The notes beneath the pieces are model-generated. The model was given only the letters and a program-made list of their open reading frames with translations, had not been told where the DNA came from and did not search any database. DNA of 64,000 nucleotides from Eledone cirrhosa. Lineage: Eukaryota. The first letter of the stretch is position 1, and each line of letters starts with the position of its first letter. A program made the translations under genes and the position numbers. Below, piece after piece: positions 1-13,990 of the stretch. The stretch covers positions 385,640,001-385,704,000 of the forward strand of contig OZ024740.1 in the NCBI GenBank assembly GCA_964016885.1, in the 5' to 3' direction.

Positions 1-875
1 TATAAGATGTGCAATGATAGGTTCTATCGTAGTATAAAGGTTGAACCATATAAATTGATATATGTGTGAGGTGGAGCCAAAGTTTCGAATTTGAACGAAA
101 TCGGTTGAAAAATGTGGGAGCTAATGATAGGTCGCCGTCCCTGATAAAAAAATGCAAAGTGTAAAGCTACTATAAGATGTGCAATGATAGATTCTATCGT
201 AGTATAAAATTTGAACCAAATAAATTGATTTATGTGTGGGGTGGGCCCGAAGTTTCGAATTTGAACGAAATCGGTAGAAAAATGTGGGAGCTAGAGCCGA
301 AAAGGTGGAAATTTGAGCGAAAAAGTGGTATTTTCGAATATTTAAGCGGCTGCCACGCCGTTCCTGAACAAAAATTCCAAAATGTAAAGCCACTTTAAGA
401 CGTGAAATAATCAGATCTAGCGTAGTGTAAAATTTGAACAAAGTAGGTTGATTAAAGTGGGAGCTAGAGCCGAAAAAGTAGAAATTTGAGTCTAAAAGTG
501 GTATTTTTGAATATTTAAGCGGCTGCCACGCTGTCCCTGAACAAGTCAAAAATATAAAGCCATTACAGGATGTGCAATGATAAATTCTATTTGTTTTAAA
601 ATTTGAACGAAATCGGTGGCAAAATGTGGGAGCTAGAGCCAAAAATCTTATTTTTCGATACCTAAAAAAAGGTGACCCCCCCCCCCCCTATCGACTTTTA
701 TCTGCAGATGGCCCCGGAATAAAAAAAAAAACGATACACTGATATATAGAAAACACTTCCCGATGACTAATCTATGAGCCTGTAAAGTTTCATGAAAATC
801 GGTCGTAAGATGTAGGCCCCTATAGGTAATACACGCACACACACACACACGTACTTAATTTTATATATATACAGA
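1..875 (-). mobile_element. Non-autonomous Helitron-like element, 5' portion (continues beyond the window start), with internal ~170-220 bp tandem subrepeats
   Basis: Minus strand begins A|TCTGTATATATATAAAATTAAG, then (GT)n and CCGATTTTCATGAAA, the typical 5' layout of invertebrate non-autonomous Helitrons. Subrepeat units starting TAAGATGTGCAATGATA or variants recur near 3, 173, 396 and 565. The 3' CTRR end is outside the window. Confidence 0.7.
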
Positions 876-1649
876 TATATATAATATAATTCTACATGTA
901 GCTTGCATTGCAGGACATTCCCTTCATCAGTTATCCATTAGAGATCTTAATGATTTCACCTCCTCCCAGCTGTAAGCAGTATGCTCACTCCAGTGGTGCT
1001 AAACAACATTGATGCTACCAGAGAATGTCCAAGTTTGGCTCATGCTGTACCAAATGTTTCCCTTTTGTTATCCATGCAGCCACTACAAACAAGCTGAGTA
1101 TTACTACTATAACCATATCAATCCTTTTGGAACTATTTTGTTTATTCCTCTCTGGAGATTTGTTCTTTGTTCTGAGTATTATACTTTCTCCCAAATAATT
1201 CTGCTATATTTACAATGAAGTATTTTCTGATTCATTTCATTTTATGAGTCACTACTTTACTGTCCTTTCTAAGTCCTATACCAGCCAAGTAGGACATAAT
1301 AGATCTAGCTACAAATCCATACAATAGGGGAAAACCAGCCGTACACTGCCATGCTTAAAGCTGATATGATTTCTTAAATCCTTCACATTTTAGGCTTTGT
1401 CTTTCATGTGTCCACTGTATACTGCCTTACTAATGCAGTGTGAACTCAACAATCAGGAGTTTTGGGGTCAAACCAGACCATGCTATAAAAGGTCAGGGCA
1501 TTGCATCAGTATAGTAATATAGCTCAAGAATATGAATATTTTCTTGAAATCTACCTATCTCTTGTAGTCATTAGCATGATGTGAAGTCTACATACTGTTT
1601 TGGTGTCTTTAACTCTCTTGACCATTCTCACCCTCTTTGTAGAAGACAA

Positions 1650-1890
1650 GATGTATGTGTGTGTGTGTATGTATATATTTATGTATGTGTGTGTATGTAT
1701 ATATTTATGTATGTGTATGTATATATTTATGTATGTGTATGTATATATTTATGTATGTGTATGTATATATTTATGTATGTGTGTGTATACATTTATGTAT
1801 GTGTATACATTTATGTATGTGTGTGTATGTATATATTCATGTATATGTGTGTGTGTGTACGTATATATTAATTTATGTGCATATATATGC
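1650..1890. repeat. Compound (TATG)/(TG)/(TA) microsatellite
   Basis: Directly visible; explains ORFs 1581-2000. Confidence 0.95.
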
Positions 1891-1894
1891 ATGT

Positions 1895-2103
1895 GGACGT
1901 GTAGGTGCCACGGAAAAAAAAGCACCCAGCAATCACTGTAAATGTGGTTGATGTTAGGAAGGGCATCCAGCTGTAGAAATAAGCCAGAATCAGTTCCCAT
2001 ATGAGTAAGACAAGCTCAGCCGACCGGACACTGCCCACAACAGGACAACCCATCTAACCCATGCTAGCGTAGAAGAACGGACATAAAACGGTGATGATGA
2101 TGA
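1895..2103 (+). mobile_element. RTE-type 3' tail fragment (5'-truncated LINE or SINE)
   Basis: Contains TTAGGAAGGGCATCCAGCTGTAGAAA and ACCCATGCTAGCGTAGAAGAACGGAC with a (GAT)n tail, as in the 3'UTR of the RTE at 55500-55803. Confidence 0.8.
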
Positions 2104-2116
2104 TATATATATATAA

Positions 2117-2443
2117 GGTGCATAGCTTAGTGATTAGAGCGTTAGGCTTTCATTCACAAAGCTGTGAGTTCAAAATCCCAGACCGGGCGATGTGTTGTGC
2201 CCCCAAGCAAAACTCTTTATTTCACATTGCTCCAGTACACACAGCTCTAGAAATGAGTTGCGATGTTACTGGTGCCTGGCTGATTTCCTTGGATAACATT
2301 AGTGGCATGGAGTGGCGTGGCTGGTTTGCATGGGCAACTGTTTGCCTTCCGCAAACAACCTTGCCTGGACTTGTGCCTCGGAAAGGAACTTTCTAGGTGC
2401 AAATATCATGGTCATTTGTGACTGAAAGGGGGTCTTAACCCTT
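2117..2443 (+). mobile_element. tRNA-derived CORE-type SINE, subfamily with non-RTE tail (second copy 60354-60662)
   Basis: A-box-like TAGCTTAGTGATTAGAGC, B-box-like GAGTTCAAAATCCC, CORE-like TGTGTTGTGCCCCCAAGCAAAACTCTTTATTTCAC; the tail aligns by eye with 60470-60662. Confidence 0.8.
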
Positions 2444-2653
2444 TTAATATATATATATTGTACATGCATGTATGTATATATTTCTATTCTCAATATCTTT
2501 GTTCCACAATATCGTCCTCCTCAGAAGCAATGTCAATAGATAGTGACATACCTGCTAGGACCTACCATGATCAATCAACCGTCTGAAACAATCATAAAAC
2601 AATGAACAGATTCAGAAACTATCTTCATTTTTGCCTTGTTTTCTCTGTTTTTT

Positions 2654-2690
<37 letters not shown>

Positions 2691-3022
2691 GGAGGCACAT
2701 GGCTTAGTGGTTAGAGCATTGGCCTTGCAATCGAAAGGTTGTGAGTTCAATTCTCAAGACCGGGTGATGTGTTGTTTCCTTGAGCAAGACACTTTATTTC
2801 ACATTGCTCCAGTTTACTCAGCTGTAGAAATGAGATGATAGGACTGGGGTTTCTATCATTCCACTGCAAAGTGGTCGTGGAGGTGCCACGGCAAAAAAGC
2901 ACCTAGCACTCACTGTAAATGAGGTTTGTGTTAGGAAGGGCATCCAGCTGTAGAAATCAAGCCAGAATCAGTTTCCGTCCCACCCTTGCAAGCAGGGAAA
3001 AGCATACGTAAAATGATGATGA

Positions 3023-3026
<4 letters not shown>
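2691..3026 (+). mobile_element. tRNA-derived CORE-type SINE with RTE-derived tail
   Basis: TGGCTTAGTGG A box, GAGTTCAATTC B box, CCTTGAGCAAGACACTTTA core, RTE-like 3' end with (GAT)n; near-identical to 21638, 26522 and 55944. Confidence 0.9.
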
Positions 3027-3079
<53 letters not shown>

Positions 3080-5419
3080 TATAAAAATGACTCTGTAGTT
3101 CAACAAGAATCCTTAGGGGAACCTTATGAGATGAGAGCCTACTATAAAATCTATAGGCTTCATCACCTAACCTCGTTTAAACCATTTCTTCAAGGCCACA
3201 TTGAGTTCTAATGATGTTATTGGCCCCACCATAAAGAGGTGTATACCAATATATCTATATGTATATGTAGATATGTATATAAATGTATTTTATATATGTA
3301 TATGTAAATAACTATATTGTGTGTTTGTATGTGTGTATATACATATATAGATATATTGTGTTTGTGTGTATATATATAAATATATTATGTGTTTGTGTAT
3401 GTATGTATATATATCAATATATATGAATTCATACCTTCACACACAGATGTGTGTATTCAAACATATAAAATTAAAATTGCTACGAACTTATTTGATTAGA
3501 AAATGTTTTATCACTCAAGCTTGAAAGTTTTGCAATTACTGACAGAACCTAGCAACAGCATTGAAAAAATCTCACTATATCTCCTAAAGAAATTTCATGG
3601 AAGCTAAAATTGCTGCATATCTTTCAGACGAATACGTCTCTATTGCGACTGTGTTAGTGTTTCAGTAAGTGGTAGAATAAGTGGGTGGAGGTATTTATTA
3701 TTATTTTTAGTCCTTTAAAAAAGTCTTTTTACTCATCTTTTTTTTTCCTCTTTTATTTAAGTTGTATGTTATTTCTAACAAGGATCTTGATGTGTATGTA
3801 TATATTTATGAGTGTGTGTGTATCTCTTTACATTTATATAAGTAATTGTGTGTTTATGTTTTCGTGCATTTGTATATTTATTTCTGTATATGTTGTATAT
3901 TTATGTATTTTTATGTGACTCTGTGTCTATTTTTTCTATGCATGTGTGTATATATTTATGTATGTAAAGGTATGTATGGGTGGGCCTGATTTTCTTTCTA
4001 CTACATTAGTCTAAACTTTCATCTTTTAGCAAATCTCTTCCCCGTCTCTCTCTCTCTAACTAAGGTTGTTTGTAACTCTTACTATCGGATTCTTCTTTTC
4101 ATAGCAGCTGTTTTTAATCTGTCTGAATATCCCTTTGGAATCGGATCTTTATAATTATGCCCCTTGAGCATTTTTTTTTTAATATATTTTTCCTCGTTAT
4201 TTTTCTCCCACTCCGAAATTTTTCCTTCCTAATATTAAAGTTATTTTAAGTGCCACTAAAGTCTTTCTCCTGAAAGAAATACCATTTTGAACTTCTTTAT
4301 GGAGTTTATTTTGTAAACATAGATGTGGTGTTGATGGTGATGTAGAGGTGATGAATAAATGAAAGATACTTTCAGCATCCATACTCCTGCCTGTATGATA
4401 ATATACTCTGCTTTCAATTCTAGGTATATCAGTTGTTAATTGAAAACATCTTTTAAGTCGCTTCCATTAAAAAATAATGATATTGTTGATAATGATAATA
4501 ATGATGATGATGATAACAATGGTGATGGATACACAAGAAAACCTTTTTTATTTTGTTATTATGTTAGCCCTTTCTTTCCCTTCCCTCATCTCTGCACCTA
4601 AAGAGCTACTTCTATTTCTAACTTTCATAGTAAACATACTCTATTAAACGTTATAATGCTGGATAAAGCAGTCCAAATGTGAGGGTGTTTGGTTTTGTAT
4701 GCGAATATCCATAACAGGTTCAATATTATGGTAACCTTTCAATGTAATGATTTGGCTTGCTTCTCTGATAACAGTCTAAACAACTGTTTTGACCATCACT
4801 TAGCAGTTTGAAATTACTCTTTCTCCTTCTTCCCTGTACTCCCTGTCATTTTCAATTTGTCTGGCTTTTATACTGGGTTCAGTTGAGCAGTAAAAATTAG
4901 GCTGTTTTGTGCAGTTAGAACCATACTTTTTATCTCGTTTGTTGTTATAGTAACAATTCTATTATAATCTCTTTACTGATTAAAACAGGAACCACACAAG
5001 CATTTTAGTTTGAAGGACAGAGTTTAATTACATCAATTCATCTAAGTTAACAGCATTTAAACAGTAAAAAAATCCTATTGTATTCAATTTATTTCTTACT
5101 TTCTTGTTGTTGGTGGTGTTGGAATTATTGATGGCGGTCATAGTAATAGTAGTGGTGTTTACAATGGCACCATAATCCTCAGTTTTTCAATATTTTCCAT
5201 TGTAGCCAAGAACAATGTAGAAAATCAATGGGGTACGAGGGATGAAGATTGCACAGTGATGCCTTTGATATGAGCAACCATTATCATACATGAGAATTGA
5301 CTATTATTCTACTGTGTCAAAGAAGTGTAAACTGCAAAGAATATTTTTAAAAAAATTAGGTGCTGCTCACAAAAAAGAGCAATGTGTTAAGGACTTGTAT
5401 ATGATGATAACATATGTCT

Positions 5420-5740
5420 GTAGGTAGTGAATTGGCAGAGTTGTTAAAGTGTAGGACAAAACAATGCCTTGCAGTATTTGTCCCAGCTCAGTGCTCTGAA
5501 TTTAAATCTCACTGAGATCAGCTTTGCTTTTGTTTCAGCTCTCAGTGCCCTGAGTTGAAATCCCATTGCAGTCAACTTTACAGTTTTTCTTTTTAAGGAA
5601 TGGAGGGGAGGGGGTTGAATAAAATAAAGTGCCAGTCTGTGGGGGTGGATTACTTGAATTGTTATAGTGTTAGATAAGACGCCTAGTCCTGGTGCTATTT
5701 GTTCTGAGTTCCAATCCTGCTGTGGCTTACTTGTATGGTA
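5420..5740 (+). mobile_element. Cluster of decayed Meta-type SINE fragments
   Basis: Repeated TTGGCAGAGTTGTTA..., CTGAGTTGAAATCCC...GTCAACTTT and AAAATAAAGTGCCAGT motifs. Confidence 0.65.
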
Positions 5741-6224
5741 AACTTAATCTGCTAACGCTAGATTAACACCACTTAGCCCTTGGGTGCTTTTAGGAAAGTT
5801 TACTCTGTTGCAAGTACTTGGGCCAAGTCTCACGTTTGAGTATACTTTTCTCTTCTCAGAGGCCCTGAAAATGTTCATGTATACTGCCCTTCTCTATTTA
5901 ATTTAACTGTAAAGAAAGTGCTGGAAACTGCATAAAATTAGTGATTAGAGTGTTGGAAATAACACCAATTTTATTTTTAGTTGAAAGAGAAGAGATTAAC
6001 ACATGATGAATCCCTTATTAACTATAACAGTTGTGGCTTAGTTGAATGAGTGAAGAATTTATTAGAAATGGCAATAATAGAGTTAACTCTTTTGTTACCA
6101 TATTTCTAATGATACACAACACTGGTTTTCAAATAATTTTGAAAATATTCAAGAATTTGAAGGAATTAAATAATATAACAAACTTTCTCACTATGAAGTG
6201 GCTGTTTGTAGCATGACTTAACAA

Positions 6225-7092
6225 CATTTCTTAAATAACATGATTTACATGCGCAGCCTGGTAGATGTAAAATTAGTTAACTGGAATTTGCAGATAACAT
6301 GGTATTATTTAACTCAACAGAAGGTGGTCTCTAACTTGCACTTGATAGGTTTGATGCTGAGTGCTGCATGGTTGGAATGAGAAAACTGAGAAAACTGAAA
6401 CATTCATCCTCTCAAGAAAGCCTGTGCAGTGCACACTACATGTGAATAGAGTTCCACTGAAGCAGGTGGAAAAGTTCAAGTATCTCAGGGCTGTGTTAAT
6501 GAGTGATAGTAGGCAGGAGGCTGAATTAAGTGCAAAAATTGTAGGAGCTGGTGCATTACTGCACTAGCTTCAGCATTCAGATGAAAAGGGGTAGGCATCA
6601 AAGCCACATTGACTATCTTCAATTCTGTATTCATGGCATGAATCTTGGATAATGACCTATGGTCATGGATCTTGGATAATGACTGAAAGAATACGATTGT
6701 GACTACAAGCGGCCAAAATGGAGTTTCTCCAAAAGGGTCTTTGTAGTAACGTTACTCAATTGAGTGTGTAGCTCAGAGATCAGAGAGTCACTCCAGGTAT
6801 AGCTGCTACTTCTCCGAATTGAGAGATCACAACTCCAATACTATGAGCATGTGGTTAGAATGTCTCAGGAAAGAATAGCTGGATAGATTTTACAGGCAAA
6901 ACCAACAGGCAGAAGACCCATGGTTAGACCTTGAGCATGATGTTTGAACAATATCAATGAGCTTGGCTGGTATTACTTGGGGATCTGGCTGGAGCAGTTG
7001 GAGATGGTTGCTTCTGACAGGACCTGCTGGAAGGAGTGTTTGAGTACTCTACCCCAATGACCTTCTCAGAAATAACAGGGCGAAGAAGAAAA
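6225..7092 (+). mobile_element. Decayed RTE-clade LINE 3' fragment, inserted into a TTAA-type MITE (6087-7187)
   Basis: Translation gives LKQVEKFKYL, TYGHGSW, QLQYYEHVVRM and KPTGRRP (RTE RT C-terminal motifs) with stops and frameshifts; ends in (GAA)n. The flanks match the two halves of the CCCTTTTGTTACC MITE family. Confidence 0.85.
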
Positions 7093-8609
7093 AAGGTTTT
7101 TAGATAAACATAAACACTTTAAAACAGATTTTTTTTTTATCATCATAGAGACAGGGTCAGTTTCAGGAGATTGGGTATCAAAAGGATTGTTTAGTTTCAG
7201 TTGCTATTGCTAATATTTGTTTGCATTATATAGAGATATATAGCGAGGAGAGAGAAGGGGAAAGAGAGATTTCTTGAAGAATGGAACTTTTATAGAGGTT
7301 CAAGTTCTTGTGATAATGCGTGGACAATATATTTAATACAAATGTGAAAAAATGGTAAACTTCTTAAACTCTCCTCATTTTACACCCATTATTTTTATTT
7401 TTATTTTTTTTTATAGTTAGACAGCATTGACTTGGTCTGTAACGATCTGTCTAACCATTGCAAGAATGGGAAAACATAGAAAATGATAACGAGAGGAGGA
7501 GGAATTAAAGAGTAAAATTAGAAAGTGAAATTTCAGAAAAGAATTACTATTGACATTTGAGAAGATAAAACAGAGAAAGATGTACTTTAATTATGAAGTT
7601 AAAGAAAACTTGTATTCAAAGATATTCTTTTAAGGACTACTTACTTTTAGATATACTCTCTAGAGGATATGGATTGATTAACAAAAGCTTTGATATAAAC
7701 AGCTGAAGAAAAGCTGTAGTGACTAAAATAGATCCTAAAGTTATGATTATATTCTATAAAGAAGTTTAAAGCATTGGGATTAATTTTACTGCTTTTATTT
7801 ATTTATCTATTTATATATGAGGATTGTATCTTTTGGTTTGCTTTCTAAGCAGTTTTGTCTGTTAATTCTTCATCTCATTCTAAGCCCTTGCCTATTGTTA
7901 CAGATATTTTATTGACTGGAAAATGGAAAAAAAAAACAGCACTGCAAGTGAGAGATATCAATTGTCTCATGCTACCAAATTCTTTGAGTTAGATGGAGAA
8001 TTTCTAGAATTGAACTAACTATACGGTAGAAACTAAAGCTATTGATATTATGATCTTTGCAAAATTGGTAGCTGATGAAATTCACAATTTAATACAATAA
8101 TTGCATTATGTAATAACATCTGATGCAGGTGGCATGATCTTAACTATGACTGGCTTCTATGTCTAGTTATTTATTCAGTAAAGCAACTATTATTTCATTA
8201 TTTCACTAACTCTTTTCCTAGATAGAAATCACATAAATTAAAATATTTCTGCTACTTACATAAGTATCTATCAGTTTATATTGTTTCTTTATGTTCAGTC
8301 TTCTATTATGTTTTGCCGTTTTGCTCTATTATATTGTCACATCATTTATTTCAAAATTAAATTATATTTGATACAGAAGATGTAACAGGTGTATTATTTA
8401 TTATCATAGCAGTTGCAACTATAGAATATCAGTGAAATAAAAAAAATGTATAAAATTGATTACAGATATTTGCAGAGTCATTTATTTTTTAATGGGTATT
8501 ATTATCAGCAATGTCTGTGGCTAATAAAGAAATTATCTGGAATATAACTTTCATTAACTGAGATATGACAGCAGTTGGTTTAGTGATTACATATCATGAA
8601 TTGTGATGA

Positions 8610-8930
8610 TTAGAAGGAAATGAGGCTAGCATGCTCTGCTGGATGTACATGAATAATGAAGCACGGAGGAATTGAAAGAAAAAAAAAAGTCTGGACATTT
8701 AGGTGAAATATGCAAAAGAGAGGATCATGCTAGTATGGACATGTAAAACATGTATGATGATCATTGTGTGAAGACTGTGGAAAAGTTAGGGCAGAAGTAG
8801 TGAAAGCTGATCTCAGGATGCTGAACCACGTAGAGGCGATGATGAAGAAACACAAGTAGAGAACTGTTCTGGAGAAAACTCATCATACAAGCATGGAGAA
8901 ACAGGCATAATACTGATGATGATAATGATG
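8610..8930 (+). mobile_element. Highly decayed RTE fragment
   Basis: AAATGAGGCTAGCATGCTCTGCTGGATGTAC resembles RNEACMLRWMC at about 55070; ends in a GAT-like tail. Confidence 0.6.
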
Positions 8931-11532
8931 TATTAAATTCTATATGATAACAAAGTAAAAAGCAGTTTTCATTCAATCAGATGTTTGGGTTGTTTACTAT
9001 GTCTCACATTGACTTTAACCTATAAATTTGAAAAAGATATGCATAATAGTCTACTGGAATGTATGTTGTAAACAAGCAGAAGAATGATAGAAATATCCTA
9101 CAATAGTAAAATTTAGATTCAGAATATAAAGTGACATAATATTACAAGATATTTAATCTAATGTTAACATCAGTTTTGCCATTCCACCAATCTTTTTAAA
9201 CGATTATATCATGAGTGAGCCTCTTACATGGTTACATGACCTGCTAGAAATAGCAGTCAAAATTGTCTTAACTAAAACCCCACTATCTTAAACAAGGAGA
9301 AATATATTGAATAATATAATCCAAGATGCCTCTCAGAAGATCCCTCATGAAGTGCCTTTGGTTATAGATCTACTGGATAAACTAAAAAAATCATTGTATT
9401 TGTCTTGAACTGTTTTAAGCTATGTGTCCGTGGCCCTACTGAAGCAACATCATTTAAAAAAAGATAACATTTTACATATTAATAGAGGAAGACTGAGTGG
9501 TGTCTAATTGATGAAATCATCCTCAGTATATAACATTTGTTTTAACTTATAGAAAATTAAAAGCAAAGTCAGCTTCGGTGGGATTTGGGCATAGAGACAC
9601 AAAACAAATACTGTAAGTCATTTACTGTAGCACAGCACTTACTGTTTCTGTTCAAATAAATGATTTATAATAATGTTGCTTTTAACATTGATACAAAGCC
9701 AAAAGAAATTTAGCTCTAGTGATTGCATATCTTCTCTATTGCATCTAAGGTCCTATTTGTTTTATTCAATCTAAACGGATAAAAACACCAAGTAAGATTT
9801 TAACTCAGAGCATAGTGGAAGAAAATTAGTTACTGCTAGATCTTTAGTCATGCACTTCTTTGTTTTTATTATTGATAGTATTGATAACTAATTACCCTTA
9901 AGTAGTAATAATAGCAAGACATGTAATAAATAATGTTCATTAAATAGTCATAATAGCAAGGCATATAATAAATACATTTGAAGATAACACAACATTTATG
10001 TTATATTCTATATCAGGATAAATTATTGTTCTATATTCAAAATACATACGCTCAAATGGTTGAATTAGTATTATTAGCACCAAATGATATTTACTGATTT
10101 CATGTAAATGGGTGTAATTTTACTTGTGGTCAGCCAAAGCAATAGCTATTACTGGAGATAATCTCACCCATGATCATTTTACAAATGAGTTTGTTAATTG
10201 TGTTTTATAGAGAAAATGTCTGACAATTGTAATTTTTGGAGATTGTACAATGTGTATAGAAATAAGGAAAATATTGTATCACTCAGTTGCTGTTGCTGCA
10301 TTGATAAATAAATTCTTTGTTCATTCATTGATTTTAAACATTGGACATTATTTTCGTGGGTCATCTAAGCTTGCATGAGCTGAAAACTATTAAATATTTA
10401 GTTTATATGTTGGATAGTTTACAAATGAGTAAATTTGAATGAATGTGTCTGATGAGTAATGGCCTTGTTATTTGCAACAACACATTTTTTTTTTCAGGAT
10501 TGTAAGAGACAGAAGACCATTGGAGACCAAGCTTGTGTTAGTCAATACATTTTATTGTGATTCATGCTGTGTCGAAAAATGATTTGAGTAAATATTGATA
10601 CAAGAGAGTAAAGTGTAGAATACATATCTGCTAGTTTGGGTGAATGGCATATAATCCTAGCTTAGTTTGGCAGCTATTCAAAAATATTTTAGGTCACTAT
10701 ATTTTATTTCTGACATGTTACTACTAAACTAATTGACTTCTCAGAAATTCCATTTACAAAAAAGAAAGAAAGGAAAAAAAATGCTGAAATTATTATTTTC
10801 TAAAATGTTATGTGATTAGAGTAAAATTTCTCCATGGATTTAAAGGGAGGGTTAACATTTAGCCTGTTTGGTACTGTTACCAGCTTGTCAACAGCCTAGG
10901 ATGATCAATTTACAAACTGAAATGGAAGCTTCCTAATAATAATCTAAGAATTTTCAGCACGATAAATAAAATAAAAATATCAGAGCATTTTTTAATCATT
11001 ATTATCATCATCATCATCAGTTTACAGTTGCTTTTCTATGGCAACATTGGTTGGAGGTTTCTGCTAATTTCAATGTTTATATCAATTGTTGTCATGTGTT
11101 TCATGCTTGGATGCAATTCATAGCAAGGAGACAACTTAGGTGTGTAACCAAAAAATATAATTAATTCAAAAATGGTTTTATTTTATTTTCTATATTGGCA
11201 CAATAAGAAAAGAAATTTTAATATTAGAATATTTGTAGATGAATTGTTGAATCCTTAGTAGAACTAAAATATTAGCCATATATTGTGAAGTGAGTATAGT
11301 TTGGTGTTTTAAAAGAAGAACTGTGAATCTGTAATCCAAAGTGAATAATATAGTAAACAGAGAGTTAGAGTTCTAAAGAGAAGAATTTCATATAGAAACT
11401 TATGAATAGTGAATATAGGGAAGAAAGAATGGTAATAGCAGAAAGATAATTGGAATTTAGATAGAATTGTGATCATAGCTATAAACATAATAAAAACTAT
11501 ATGCATGCTGCCTCATTATTGCTCAGACAAAA

Positions 11533-11750
11533 GGGTAATAGATTGGCAGAGTTGTTAGAGCATCAAATAAATGATTAACGTTATTTGTTCTGGCTCTTTA
11601 CATTCTAAGGTAAATTTCTGCCTTTCAACAAAGGTCAACTTTGCCTTTCATCCTTCTGAAGTTGATAAAATAAAGTACCTTATAAGTACTGGAGTCAATT
11701 TAATCGACTTCCCATACTAAAGTTACTGGTCTTGTGTCTAAAGTAGAAAT
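11533..11750 (+). mobile_element. Meta-type tRNA-SINE
   Basis: GGTCAACTTTGCCTTTCATCCTTCTGAAGTTGATAAAATAAAGTACC central domain. Confidence 0.8.
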
Positions 11751-12235
11751 TTATATAATGTGATGCAAAAATTACATGAAATTTCATGGTCCAAGATATA
11801 TATTAACCTTTTCCTAGAAAACCCAGTAGCTATTCCCAACATCTAGATGAAGTAAGGCAATTGTAAAGTGAATGGCAAATTAGAGGAAACACTGTAGGTT
11901 TGAGAGGAGCCATTACTCCTATTGAAGACATGACAGCCTCTCTAGTGCTAGTGGCAAACTACAAATGCACCCTGTACACTCTATAAATTGATTGGTGTAT
12001 GAACCATTCCAAAAATAGAACATATGAATTAAGCACAATCATCTGGTCCATCTTGTAAGGCTGTAACTCCAAGTAAAAACTGACAGACTATAATGACCTA
12101 ACTGTTGCCAGTATGGGGAGGAGGATATAAAATAACGATCATTTTCTGCCCAGAAACAATAAATTTCAGTTCAAAAACCATCATTTTACTTCCCATTTTA
12201 ATTATCTCAATAGGTTTGTATGTATGTATCAACCA

Positions 12236-12525
12236 ATAACTCCTGATGAAGTTGTAGGGGTGCCATCACAAGATACAGTATTTTGGGGGGGCATATTTTA
12301 AACCTGGCAGAACCCATTCCCTCTCTGAGTCTTAACATAGCCAATTTCTTCTAGTGGAGGAACGGATGAAATGAGACAGAAATATAGAGAAAGTGGACAG
12401 GTACTTCTTTTTAAATCTTGAACAAAGTTGACCTCAGCTAGACTTGCACTCAGAGTACACAGAGAGCCAGAATGAATACTGCAAAGCATTCTATCTGACA
12501 TTTTAATGACATTTGTCACTTTCCT
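12236..12525 (-). mobile_element. SINE subfamily with Meta-type head and tail ending CATCAGGAGTT(ACAGGTT)
   Basis: Aligns by eye with 26873-27160, 56772-57097 and 59250-59700. Confidence 0.65.
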
Positions 12526-12893
12526 CAGTATGTTTATTATCCCAATAATGTCCCCTCCTTTCTGAGCATTAGCATTACTGATTTATCACAGTGTGTGATA
12601 ACCAAAGAACCAGCAAGTTTTAAGAAAAGTATTAGTTATTACTCAAACAAGTGTTTCTTTCCTGGGAGATTCTATGATTCTACCTTATATACTTTTAAAT
12701 AAGTTGCAGTGATAGGTTAGTCACACTCATTTTTTGTATAGTATTTTGGCTTCAGCCTTTGACTGCTACAATGGCTTTAACCATAGATCTGCCTAGTTAT
12801 GGCAAACTTGGGGCTAAAGAACATTAACCATCTCACTTCTTACTTGCAATGACCACAGTATATCAGATACAACCATCACACTCAACAATGTAA

Positions 12894-12924
<31 letters not shown>

Positions 12925-13331
12925 CATACACAAATTCTAAAAATTACATATATCCACAGCACATGTAGATAGAAAGTATTAAAACATGTGCTTTGTGTAC
13001 TCACATGTATTACATTTGACAAACACAAACAAAGAATAATACCAAAGTTTAAAGAATATATTAGATTCCCAGAACATTATGTTAGTCATGCTCAGAGCCT
13101 AATCTCTTAACACACTACAAACATCACAAAACAACACACTACACATCATTGCAGGTTGCACACAGTCCTTATATTTAGACATTTACACAATGAAATAAAC
13201 AAAACAAGTGTAACCCTTTCGTGGCCATATTTCCAATGAAATATGCTGTAGTTCAATTAATTAAGAATTTCAAGAGATTTACTAAAATTATTAATTTTTT
13301 CATATAAAATTGTCAGAAGGTTTTACTTTAA

Positions 13332-13540
13332 GCCTTTAACATTTAAATAGACCATATCCAGCCAGAATTCTCTCACCTCTTTCTGTTTAAACCAGCTATA
13401 ACTGGCCTCTCATATTGATGTTAAGGCATTGTTCTCAAACTAAATAATATCAAAATCTCATAGGTTCAATATTATGTGAGATAATTATGTGAGATAAAGC
13501 CTTTACCATGAAAATATAATAGTATATATAGAGAGTAAGG
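13332..13540. mobile_element. piggyBac-type MITE family 1 (right end eroded), nested in a family 2 MITE
   Basis: Body matches 36281-36481 and 59413-59633; TTAA at 13328-13331. Confidence 0.75.
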
Positions 13541-13784
13541 AACTCTTTAAAATGTGGTTTTCGATGGGTTACTATGAAACAGATTAAAATGAAAGACCTC
13601 CAGGACATACAAGGCAGAAGTTTGTTTTTATGGCAAGCTCCAACTCTCATACTACTTGTCATTTTTTTTTTTTTTTTTACAATACCCTTCAAACTTTCAG
13701 AACAATTGCTACAATACATCATAAGAAATGATCAAATCCTCTCTACTTAAACAAGCAAACAAATCACAGCAGCAAGAACATTAA

Positions 13785-13990
13785 CCCTTTTGATAGCCTG
13801 CTTGAAACTGCCTTTGGTTCTATGATACAAAACTATCCCATTTTAAAGCGAGTCTTCTATCATAAAGAACCTTTTGTTATGTTATATTCTTATAATGAAG
13901 GGTTAGTTAATTGATTAAACACCTTAACATTCTTGATTATTTTAAAGAATAATTTTAACACTTGGACATTAGAAATATGGTAACTAAAGC
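13785..13990. mobile_element. piggyBac-type MITE family 2
   Basis: TTAA-CCCTTTTGATA left end and ATGGTAACTAAAG right end; related copies at 48398-48624, about 31120-31320 and about 41850-42055. Confidence 0.65.

Noticed and set aside
121-642. 173-aa and 73-aa ORFs
   Set aside because: They are translations of Helitron internal tandem repeats with no recognisable domain.
1-650. CRISPR-like or prokaryotic repeat array
   Set aside because: Units are long diverged tandem repeats without unique spacers; the context is eukaryotic and there are no cas genes.
2691-2765. tRNA genes at SINE heads
   Set aside because: A and B boxes are present, but there is no complete cloverleaf and the sequence runs into SINE core and tail.
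2876-2925. Pistol ribozyme (P1 CGTGG/CCACG with A-rich linker)
   Set aside because: P2, P3 and the conserved cleavage-site elements are missing; only an H-type pseudoknot is supported.
10498-10590. Host exon after TTTTTTTTTTCAG (and the donor-like GAG|GTAAGA near 27250)
   Set aside because: Isolated splice-like signals with short or closed frames and no recognisable protein; not supportable without transcripts.
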